Below are positions 1 through 7,931 of a stretch of 64,000 nucleotides of DNA, in pieces. Under the pieces are notes generated by a model. It saw only the letters and a list, made by a program, of their open reading frames with translations, had not been told where the DNA came from and ran no database searches. The DNA comes from Chthoniobacteraceae bacterium (lineage in GTDB: Bacteria; Verrucomicrobiota; Verrucomicrobiia; Chthoniobacterales; Chthoniobacteraceae): NCBI GenBank assembly GCA_031409655.1, contig JANNXQ010000194.1, positions 15,192 through 79,191 of the forward strand. Direction: 5' to 3'. The position numbers and the translations under genes are program-made. How positions within the stretch are numbered: position 1 is the first letter of the stretch; every line of letters begins with the position of its first letter.

Positions 1-739
1 GCGGATGCGTGGCGAGGACGAGGCGCACGGCGTAGTCGCGGAGCGGGTCTGCGACGACAACTTTTTCGAGCACCGTGCGCAGTGCCATGATGCGGTCGCC
101 GTCCATGATTTTCGCGACTTCGGTGTGATGCGTGAGCGTGGTGCGGCGGACGACTTCGTTGAGTTCGGCGCGATTCAAAAACGGGACGACGAGCTTGAAC
201 ATGAAGCGGTCGAGTTGCGCTTCGGGGAGCGGGTAGGTGCCTTCCTGTTCGAGCGGGTTTTGCGTCGCGAGGACGAAAAACGGCTGCTTCAAATGATGCG
301 TCGTCCCCGCCGCGGTGATCGACCCTTCCTGCATCGTCTCCAGCAGCGCGGACTGCGTTTTCGGCGTGGCGCGATTGATTTCATCCGCGAGCAAAAGCTG
401 CGTGAAGAGCGGGCCGCGGCGGAACTCGAACTGGTAGTTTCCATCCGGCCCGGTGCTCATGATGTTCGTGCCGACGATGTCCGCCGGCATGAGATCGGGC
501 GTGAATTGAATGCGGCGAAAATCCAGATCGAGCGCCCGCGCCAGCGTCTTCACCAGCTCCGTTTTCCCGAGGCCCGGCACGCCTTCGAGCAGCACATTCC
601 CACCCGCGACGATCGCCGTCAGCACGCCCTCCACCACACGCTGCTGACCGACGATGATTTGCCCAACCGCTTCGCGCAGGCGCTGAAAGTCATCGCGAAA
701 ACGCTGCGCTTCGGCCTGGAGTTCGGTGGGGTCGCTCAT
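1..739 (-). CDS. MoxR-family AAA+ ATPase (3' end runs off the window)
   Basis: Not in the ORF track; read manually from ATG at 739: MSDPTELQAEAQRFRDDFQRLREAVGQIIVGQQRVVEGVLTAIVAGGNVLLEGVPGLGKT, then RIQFTPDLMPADIIG, LLADEINRATPKTQSALLETMQE, VLATQNPLEQEGTYPLPEAQLDRF. Confidence 0.93.
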   Translation of the reverse strand, partial: MSDPTELQAEAQRFRDDFQRLREAVGQIIVGQQRVVEGVLTAIVAGGNVLLEGVPGLGKTELVKTLARALDLDFRRIQFTPDLMPADIVGTNIMSTGPDGNYQFEFRRGPLFTQLLLADEINRATPKTQSALLETMQEGSITAAGTTHHLKQPFFVLATQNPLEQEGTYPLPEAQLDRFMFKLVVPFLNRAELNEVVRRTTLTHHTEVAKIMDGDRIMALRTVLEKVVVADPLRDYAVRLVLATHP

Positions 740-840
740 GCGTGGAACCTTGGGCGATCCAGAGGGCGCAGTCGATGATGAAGCGTGAGACGAACCGTGA
801 AAACTAAGCGCAAAAAACACCTTGCGCGCCGATAATGTAT

Positions 841-857
841 ATGAGACTCACTCGCAT
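841..857. promoter_or_regulatory. Putative Fur-type operator (imperfect palindrome ATGAGACTCACTCGCAT)
   Basis: 7-1-7 imperfect inverted repeat TGAGACT-C-ACTCGCA in an AT-rich patch preceded by GATAATG, about 45 nt upstream of the beta-barrel gene. Confidence 0.4.
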
Positions 858-902
858 TAAAGGCATTTGCCGACCTCCTCTCACATCAAACACCCAACCA
901 AC

Positions 903-1664
903 ATGTCCCGATTCACCTCCTGTCTCACTGCCACCGCCCTCGCCATTCTCGCCACACCTTCCTCGGAGGCAGGCCAGCGGCGCTACGTTTACAGCTACGA
1001 AACTCTCACCGCACCCAAGGGCAGTTTGGAATTTGAGCAGTGGGTCACTTGGAAACACCGAGATGTCACGGGAGGCGACGATCGCGACCGCTGGGAATTC
1101 CGGCACGAGATCGAGTTCGGCGTTACCGACAAGCTGCAACTCGCCATTTACGTCGCCGACTGGCAATACGACGAAGACGATTCGGAAGGCCACAAGGCGC
1201 GCTACAAGGGCACGGGTTTCGAGGCGATTTACAATCTCACGAATCCGAACACGGCATTTCTCGGAAGCGCGATTTACGGTGAAGTCGTGGTCGGCGAGGA
1301 ATTGCTGAAACTCGAAGGCAAGCTGCTGCTCGAAAAGCGGTTTGGGCCCTTGAGCGTCGTTTACAACGCGGTGATCGAAGCGGAATGGGAGGGCGAGGAT
1401 TTGGACGAAAGGACGGGCGAATTCAAACAGACCGTCGGCGTGAGCTACGACATCTCGAAGAGTTTCTCCGCCGGCGTCGAGGCATTCCACGAGATCGAGA
1501 TGCCGGACTGGTCCGAGGCGGAAAGCGGCCGCTTCTTCGTGGGCCCGAATGTGTCGGTGCGCAGTGGGCGTTTCTTCGGCACGCTGGCGTGGCTGTGGCA
1601 AACCACCCACAGCGAAGGCGAGCCCGACTTCCAGACGCGCCTGATCTTCGGCGTGGATTTCTGA
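903..1664 (+). CDS. Exported outer-membrane beta-barrel protein (DUF6662-like)
   Basis: Signal peptide MSRFTSCLTATALAILATPSSEA, alternating amphipathic beta-strands, C-terminal Phe (LIFGVDF). Confidence 0.7.
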   Translation: MSRFTSCLTATALAILATPSSEAGQRRYVYSYETLTAPKGSLEFEQWVTWKHRDVTGGDDRDRWEFRHEIEFGVTDKLQLAIYVADWQYDEDDSEGHKARYKGTGFEAIYNLTNPNTAFLGSAIYGEVVVGEELLKLEGKLLLEKRFGPLSVVYNAVIEAEWEGEDLDERTGEFKQTVGVSYDISKSFSAGVEAFHEIEMPDWSEAESGRFFVGPNVSVRSGRFFGTLAWLWQTTHSEGEPDFQTRLIFGVDF

Positions 1665-1675
1665 GCCGCACCGGC

Positions 1676-1993
1676 GTGAAGCCGTCGCCTTTCCATCTGC
1701 TCGTCGCCGCCGTGCTGGCGGGCTGCGCCATGCCGAATCTCGCCCCGCCGGTTTCGCCCGCGATGTCGGCCCGCGCCGGAAAGCCCGCGAGCACGCTGGA
1801 AGAAGGACGCCGACTCTACACGGGACGCTGCGCCACCTGCCACACGATTGATCCCGTGGAAAAATACAGCGCGTCCCGATGGCGCGAGATCATCGCCGAC
1901 ATGGCGGACGAAGCGAATCTGACGCCCACGGAGCGAGAAGCCGTGCTCGCCTACCTACTCGCCGCGCGCGAAGCTCCTCCACTCGGATCGTAA
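1676..1993 (+). CDS. Small monoheme cytochrome c lipoprotein
   Basis: GTG start 11 nt after the upstream stop; lipobox VLAGC; GRRLY-xx-RCATCH heme motif; W-x6-M distal Met. Confidence 0.8.
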   Translation: MKPSPFHLLVAAVLAGCAMPNLAPPVSPAMSARAGKPASTLEEGRRLYTGRCATCHTIDPVEKYSASRWREIIADMADEANLTPTEREAVLAYLLAAREAPPLGS

Positions 1994-2159
1994 GCCCGCC
2001 TGTCTGGAATGCGCGGCACAGTTGACGCGCCCGTGCGACGCAAGAAGACCGCTGAACAGAGCACATTTTTGCACCGCGTCTCATCACACCAAAGCGCAAC
2101 CACGCCCGAGTTTTTCGCTCGCCGCGGGTGAAGTCCGCGAGCAAACTGCGTGCGATCTC

Positions 2160-4571
2160 ATGAGCGGTTCCCCAAAACGTTTCCGCATCGCATTTTCTTT
2201 CGCGGGGGAAAAGCGCGACTTTGTGAAAGAGGTCGCCGACTTGCTTGCCGCACGTTTCACCGAGGCGGCGATCCTCTACGACAAATATCACGAAGCCGAG
2301 TTCGCCCGGAACGACCTCGCGATCTATCTGCCAAATCTCTACAACCGTGACTCGGACCTCGTCGCCGTGATCGTCTGCCCGGCCTATGACGTGAAGGAAT
2401 GGACCGGCTTGGAATGGCTCGCGATCCACAATCTCCTCCAGCAACGGTTCCGTGAAGAAGTGATGCTCTGCCGATTCGCCCGCGCGAACGTCGATGGCCT
2501 GTTCGGTGGTGCCGGATTCGTCGAACTCGACGACAAAACCCCCGCACAAGCCGCCACCCTCATCCTCGAACGTCTCGCCATCAACGAAGGCCAGCCCAAG
2601 GACCACTATCTGCCCCTTCGACATTCGTCATCCGTCATTCTGCATTCCTCCACCCCCAACAACCTCCCCCGCCTCCAGCCCTTCTTCGGCCGCGCCGCCG
2701 AACTCGCCACCATCCGCGAGGCCCTCGATCCCGACTCCCGCACCTGGGGCGCGCTCATCGATGGCCCGGGCGGCATGGGCAAGACCTCCCTCGCCGTCCG
2801 CGCCGCCTACGACTGCCCGCCCGGCCTCTTCCAGCGCATCGTCTTCGTCTCCGTGAAGGACCGCGAGATGGACGACGACGGCGAGCGCCCGCTCGGCAAC
2901 CTCCTCGTGCCGGGCTTTCTGGAGATGCTCAACGAACTCGCCCGCGAGCTGGGCCAGCCCGACATCGCCAAGTCCCCCGAGGACCAGCGCATCCGGCTCC
3001 TGCTCGACGCGCTCCGCCCCGCGCAGGCGCTGCTCATCCTCGATAATCTCGAATCCCTCCCCAAGACCGACCGCGACCAGCTTTTTACCTTCCTCAAACG
3101 CCTGCCGCCGGGCTGCAAGGCCATCCTCACCAGCCGCCGCCGCATCGGCTCCGGCTCCGAGGAACTCATCCTCGAAAAGCTCGACCAGGACGCCGCGCTC
3201 GCCACCCTCGCCGACCTCGCCCGGCGCCATCCGCTGCTCGCCCGGACCAGCGAAGCCGAGCGCATCGCCCTCTACACCCAGACCGCCGGCAAGCCGCTGC
3301 TCCTGCGCTGGGTGGCCGGCCAGCTCGGCCGCGGGAGCTGCCGCACCTTCGCCGACGCGCTCGCCTTCCTGCGAACCTGCCCGCCGGACAATGACCCGCT
3401 GGAATTCATCTTTGGCGACCTCGCGAAGGAATTCACCGCCGACGAGGAGAAAGTGCTCTGCGCCCTGAGCTATCTCAGCCTTCCGACGAAAGTGGAGCAC
3501 GTCGCAGAGATCGCGAGCGTCGAGGAAGCACCCACCGAGATCGCCCTGCGCGCTCTCGCGAACCGGTCCCTCGTCGTTCCCGATCAGGAGGGGAAACAAT
3601 ACTCCCTCGTGCCCATGTTCGCCGAATTCCTACGCAGGCACCGGCCGGAAGTTATCGCGGACACGGGCAGATGGCTGGAGCAGCGGGCCTATGCGCTCAT
3701 CGTGGAGAATGGTTACCCACATGCCGACTGCTCCCCGGTGCTCGATGCTGCCTGGCCCACGGTGGCGCCGGCATTGCCACTCTTCGTCGCCGGTCCGAAT
3801 ACCCCCCTTCAGACTGTGTGTATCGCGCTCCAGCATTTCTTAAACTTTACTGGGCGCTGGGATGAATGGCTTTCCCTGAATCGACAGGGAGAAACCAAGG
3901 CGGTTGCAGCGAATGAGCAATACGATGCCGGTTGGAGGGCTTATCAGTCGGGAATGATTCACCATCTGCGCAGACACGCAGACGGGGTATTGGCCTGCGC
4001 CGAACGTGCCATGGTCTATTGGCGAGAGGCAAAAGCCGGTGCTCGGGAACGTGCGTTCGCTCTCCAACTGCGTGGCCTCGGTTACGGATTGAAGAAGGAC
4101 TACTCAGCCGCGGCTCGAGCACATCGTGAGGCGCTCGATCTTCATCTCACGGTCTCCGCCACGAGTCGGGAAGTGGCTACTGCGCTTAGCGATCTTTCGG
4201 ATGTTCAAAGTTGGGCGGGAGATTTCGATGCTGCGGAGCAGGGTTTTCGCGAGGCGCTGCGAGTTGCGCGCATCATTGGTGATGTCGAGTTGATCGCTGG
4301 AATTTGCGGCAACTTGGCGGGGCTACTTTTGGACCGGATGGATTGGCTCGCGGGCGAAAATCTGAGCCGCGAGGCTTTGGCTCTGGCTGAGGGCGTAGGT
4401 CGTGACGAGCTGATAGCAGCCGACTGCCGGCGCGTCGCGTGGGCCTTGGTGCGGCAGGGGAATGCCACCGAAGCATTGCCTTACGCGCGGCGCGCGGTGG
4501 ACATCTTTACCCGCATTCGCTCGGCCGACCTCGAAGCCGCCCGCGCGACGCTACGAGAGTGTGAGGGCTGA
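2160..4571 (+). CDS. TIR - NB-ARC (STAND NTPase) - TPR protein, NLR-like
   Basis: N-terminal TIR (FRIAFSFAGEKRDFV...LYDKY...KEWTGLEW with the catalytic WxxxE), Walker A GPGGMGKTS, Walker B LLILDNLE, ILTSRR sensor, C-terminal helical repeats (HREALDL, FREALRVAR, SREALALAE, ARRAVDIF). Confidence 0.88.
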   Translation: MSGSPKRFRIAFSFAGEKRDFVKEVADLLAARFTEAAILYDKYHEAEFARNDLAIYLPNLYNRDSDLVAVIVCPAYDVKEWTGLEWLAIHNLLQQRFREEVMLCRFARANVDGLFGGAGFVELDDKTPAQAATLILERLAINEGQPKDHYLPLRHSSSVILHSSTPNNLPRLQPFFGRAAELATIREALDPDSRTWGALIDGPGGMGKTSLAVRAAYDCPPGLFQRIVFVSVKDREMDDDGERPLGNLLVPGFLEMLNELARELGQPDIAKSPEDQRIRLLLDALRPAQALLILDNLESLPKTDRDQLFTFLKRLPPGCKAILTSRRRIGSGSEELILEKLDQDAALATLADLARRHPLLARTSEAERIALYTQTAGKPLLLRWVAGQLGRGSCRTFADALAFLRTCPPDNDPLEFIFGDLAKEFTADEEKVLCALSYLSLPTKVEHVAEIASVEEAPTEIALRALANRSLVVPDQEGKQYSLVPMFAEFLRRHRPEVIADTGRWLEQRAYALIVENGYPHADCSPVLDAAWPTVAPALPLFVAGPNTPLQTVCIALQHFLNFTGRWDEWLSLNRQGETKAVAANEQYDAGWRAYQSGMIHHLRRHADGVLACAERAMVYWREAKAGARERAFALQLRGLGYGLKKDYSAAARAHREALDLHLTVSATSREVATALSDLSDVQSWAGDFDAAEQGFREALRVARIIGDVELIAGICGNLAGLLLDRMDWLAGENLSREALALAEGVGRDELIAADCRRVAWALVRQGNATEALPYARRAVDIFTRIRSADLEAARATLRECEG

Positions 4572-4678
4572 TTTGTTGTGCTATGTGAGACGCTGTTTCA
4601 ACTATACGCCCCCTCGCGCAATCGACATGGAAAGGGGGGCGTTGACGCCGAGGGAGATCCCGATGGACTAAGCGGACA

Positions 4679-5719
4679 TTACGCAAAAGTGAGCTTGAGC
4701 AGGTGAACAAGATTGGCGATTACGGCGGGAGCCGGGTTGCCGAGTTCTTGAAATTGATCCTCGGTCAAATGACGTGAAGCGGGATTGCGAGACCAATCTT
4801 TCAAGGTGGCAAAGTAAAACTTGTAGGCATCGTCGTGAGTGCCAAGCGGGCCGCCCGTGTCAGCGAGAGGGAAGACAGGTTTACCCTGTTGCAGTGCCCA
4901 CTCGCCAGTCTGGTACGTGCCGCCGAGTCCGCCAATGAGGATGACGGCATCGGTGCGCTCGATTGAACGACGCCAGGCTTCATCTTCCGATCCACCGCTT
5001 ACCAAGCGACCCGCGGGAAAATCCGGCGTGGCACCTTGTCGCATGACTTGCACGAGCCGACCGGAGAGCGATTGCTCGTTCTGTTGGATGCGTTCGACGA
5101 AAGAGCGGGCGACGTCGTGGTCAACGCCATTCCATCCGCCCGTGACGAGGCTGAATCCTGCGGTCGCCAATGCCGCACCCAACCGCTTGCTGACCTCGTC
5201 GATCTTCGCAGGTCGAGGCGTCACACCACCCGACCCGGCAACGAGAATCCACTTCGTGGCAGAGGGGGCCGCCGCGGGACGTTGCGTGCCGATGAGCGAA
5301 GGCTTTTCACCAGTAATTCCCCAGACTAGTCGCGCGATGTTTTCTTCCGAGAACCCGCCGCGTAGATCGACCCATGTGCGGTTCAGCAGAAATCCACTCA
5401 ATGTCGTTTCTGGAGGGCAATCTGGCAAAAAAACCGGGATTACCGGTCGCTTCAACGCGTGCGCGAGGTTGAACGCCGCCTGCGTTTCTTCGTCCTGCCA
5501 TGGACCCAAACCCGAGCCACCCACCGCGACGATCACACTGCCTGCCGCTTGCATGCCCTGTTCCAATAGAGGCTGCCACGCCAGTCCCGGGCGCAGTTCA
5601 TCTTCATCGAACCAAACCGTCAATTCACGCCTCGCAAGCACGCCCTTCAGTTCACGCGCGGCTGGCTTGTCTTTGGAGTTGTGGCTGAGGAATACATCGA
5701 AGTCGGCTCGAATCGACAT
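4679..5719 (-). CDS. TIR - SLOG fusion protein
   Basis: Start MSIRADFDVFLSHNSKDK (TIR, GPWQDEE catalytic Glu), followed by a SLOG/LOG-like Rossmann domain (ILVAGSGG, LVTGGWNGVD, DAVILIGGLGGT, GKPVFPLADTGG). Confidence 0.82.
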   Translation of the reverse strand: MSIRADFDVFLSHNSKDKPAARELKGVLARRELTVWFDEDELRPGLAWQPLLEQGMQAAGSVIVAVGGSGLGPWQDEETQAAFNLAHALKRPVIPVFLPDCPPETTLSGFLLNRTWVDLRGGFSEENIARLVWGITGEKPSLIGTQRPAAAPSATKWILVAGSGGVTPRPAKIDEVSKRLGAALATAGFSLVTGGWNGVDHDVARSFVERIQQNEQSLSGRLVQVMRQGATPDFPAGRLVSGGSEDEAWRRSIERTDAVILIGGLGGTYQTGEWALQQGKPVFPLADTGGPLGTHDDAYKFYFATLKDWSRNPASRHLTEDQFQELGNPAPAVIANLVHLLKLTFA

Positions 5720-5795
5720 GATCTTTCCTTGGATTTCAGAGGTCGCTAACGCAAGCGCGGACTCGGCGCAATGGAGGCGAGCAACAGGCACCGAG

Positions 5796-6563
5796 GTGGC
5801 GGTGACGGGCGACGTGGCGGAGGATTGCCAGAGCCTCTTCGACATCATCCGCGCGCATCTCACCGTGCTGCACGGCAAGGTGCCGGTGATCGAGGAAGTG
5901 CAGACGCACGACGCTCCGGAGAAGTGGGTGCCGATGACCGACCTGCGGGTGGCCGAACGCGAGCAGGAGCCGACGCTGCCGGTGACGGTGGGCACGGGCG
6001 CCGAGGCGAAGCGGGTGAAGCTGCCCGTGGCGGCGACGCTGAACACCGTGGAGAGCGAGGCCGCGCGCAAAGCCGCCGGACCGGAAGCGGAGCCGCGGAT
6101 GCAGCTCTTCATCAGCTACGCGCACCTGAACGAGAAAGAGCTGATCCCTTTCCGCCCGCATCTCACGCACTTGAGCCAGCAGGGTTACATCCAGGTGTGG
6201 AACGACCGCGACTTGGCGCCGGGCGAGCAGTGGGAAGCCGGCATCACCGACGCGCTCCAGCGCGCGGACATCGTGCTGCTCTTCTACACTACCGCCGCGC
6301 GGGTCTCGAAGTTCATCCAGGAAACCGAACTCACAACGGCGCTCAATCGCTCCGACGCAAAAGAATGCACGCTCATTTGGGTGCCTTTGGAACGGAACGA
6401 CCTGGAACCGGGACACCCGCTGGAGAAACGGCTGTCGAAGATCCAATGCACGACGCGCGACGCGCGGCCGATTTACGACTACGAAGTGCCGCAAAAAGGC
6501 TGGATGGAGGTGGAGCAAGCGATCCGACGGGCCGTTGAGGCAAGGCGGAAGCTCATACGGTAG
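5796..6563 (+). pseudogene. 5'-truncated ROCO-like remnant: C-terminal COR segment plus TIR (the TIR alone could be expressed from ATG 6099)
   Basis: VAVTGDVAEDCQSLFDIIRAHLTVLH...EEV...WVPMTDL...LPVAATLNTVE resembles the end of COR; then TIR QLFISYAH...VWNDRDLAPGEQWEAGI...ADIVLL...FIQETEL; no LRR or Roc upstream. Confidence 0.62.
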
Positions 6564-6564
6564 A

Positions 6565-7923
6565 TTAGTACCGTTCAAATCCCTGCTGGAGTTCCCAGTC
6601 GGTTACCACGCGGTCGTATTGGCCCTGCTCCCACTCGGCGGCGTGGACGTAGTGGTCCACGACATCGTCGCCGAAGGCCGCGCGGAGGACGGAAGATGAC
6701 TTCGCGGCGGCCGTCGCTTCGCGCAAGGTCTTTGGGATGCTGCGCAGCTTGGCATCCGTGTAGGCGTCGCCGACATAGGGAGCTTCGAGTTCGAGTTTTT
6801 GCTCGATGCCTGCGAGACCCGCAGCGAGGAGCGCGGCGAAGGCCAGGTAAGGATTGATGTCGGAGCCACCGATGCGGCATTCGGTGCGGATGCCACGCGT
6901 GCCGGCACCTACGAGACGAAAGCCGGCGGTGCGATTGTCCACGCTCCAGAGCGCCTTGGTCGGGGCGAAGGTGCCGGCTTGGAAGCGTTTGTAGGAATTG
7001 ATGTAGGGCGCGAGGAAGAGCGTGATCTCGGAAGCGAGGGCTAACTGGCCGGCCATGAAGTGCCGCATGAGATCGGTCATGCCGCGTTCCTTGCTCGCGT
7101 CGAAGAAGAGCGACTCGCCGGTGTCGCTGCGGCACAGGCTCTGATGGATGTGGCCGGAGCTGCCGGCGAGTTTGGCGTTCCACTTAGCCATGAAGGAAAT
7201 CGACTGCCCGTACTGGAAGGCGATTTCTTTGCAGCCGTTCTTGAGCACGACATGGCGGTCGGCCATCTCGAGCGCCTCGCAATAGCGCACATTGATTTCC
7301 TCCTGGCCGGGGCCCCACTCGCCCTTGGAGTTCTCCACCGGGATGCCGGCGGCGTTCAAACCGTTGCGGATCGCGCGCATCACCGCTTCCTCCTTGGTGG
7401 TTTGGAAGATGTGATAGTCCTCGATGTAGTAACCGGCCGTTTCGAGATTGCGGTAACCTTTGGTGTGCGCGGCGCGGTAGTCGTCGTTGAAAAGGTAGAA
7501 CTCCAGCTCCGAGGCAAACATGGCCTTCGCACCCATGCCTTCGACGCGGGCCAGTTGTTTCTTTAGAATGTTGCGCGGCGCATAGGGCACCGGTTCATGG
7601 CTGTGATGGTCGAGCACGTCGCAGAGCACGAGCGCCGTGCCGGGCAGCCACGGAATGCCCCGCAGGGTGGTGCGGTCCGGCTGCAGGGCGAAGTCGCCGT
7701 AGCCTTGCGCCCAGTTTGCGGATGCGTATCCGGGCACCGGCTCATTTTCGATGTCATCGGCGAGCAGGTAATTGCACGCATGGGTCTCACCAAAGTTCGA
7801 TTCCAGAAAAAACTGCGCGTGAAACCGCTTCCCGACCAAACGGCCCTGCATGTCCGCGATGCAGACCAGCACCGTATCGAGGGTGCCGTCTGCGACCTGC
7901 TGCTTGAATTGCTCGGTGTTCGT
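6565..7923 (-). CDS. Glutamine synthetase-like gamma-glutamylamine ligase (PuuA/GlnA-like); start codon uncertain
   Basis: DMQGRLVGKR, ASELEFYLF, EWGPGQEEIN, GSSGHIHQS, WSVDNRT, ECRIGGSDINPYLA. Confidence 0.9.
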   Translation of the reverse strand, partial: TNTEQFKQQVADGTLDTVLVCIADMQGRLVGKRFHAQFFLESNFGETHACNYLLADDIENEPVPGYASANWAQGYGDFALQPDRTTLRGIPWLPGTALVLCDVLDHHSHEPVPYAPRNILKKQLARVEGMGAKAMFASELEFYLFNDDYRAAHTKGYRNLETAGYYIEDYHIFQTTKEEAVMRAIRNGLNAAGIPVENSKGEWGPGQEEINVRYCEALEMADRHVVLKNGCKEIAFQYGQSISFMAKWNAKLAGSSGHIHQSLCRSDTGESLFFDASKERGMTDLMRHFMAGQLALASEITLFLAPYINSYKRFQAGTFAPTKALWSVDNRTAGFRLVGAGTRGIRTECRIGGSDINPYLAFAALLAAGLAGIEQKLELEAPYVGDAYTDAKLRSIPKTLREATAAAKSSSVLRAAFGDDVVDHYVHAAEWEQGQYDRVVTDWELQQGFERY

Positions 7924-7931
7924 AGTGGTAG

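Noticed and set aside
5..778. 257-aa + strand ORF in the track
   Set aside because: Antisense shadow of the MoxR ATPase, whose motifs are clear on the - strand
2024..2040. CGGCACAGTTGACGC as a sigma-54 promoter for the TIR-STAND gene
   Set aside because: GG-N10-GC spacing fits but the -12 element is poor; likely chance in GC-rich DNA
4839..5717. N-terminal half of the 574-aa + ORF, and the 5720-6112 extension of the 477-aa - ORF, as real overlapping genes
   Set aside because: Each extension is just the antisense of the other gene; recognisable domains occupy non-overlapping intervals
6570..6590. GTTCAAATCCC resembling a tRNA T-loop
   Set aside because: It is the antisense of the last codons of the GS-like gene; no cloverleaf around it
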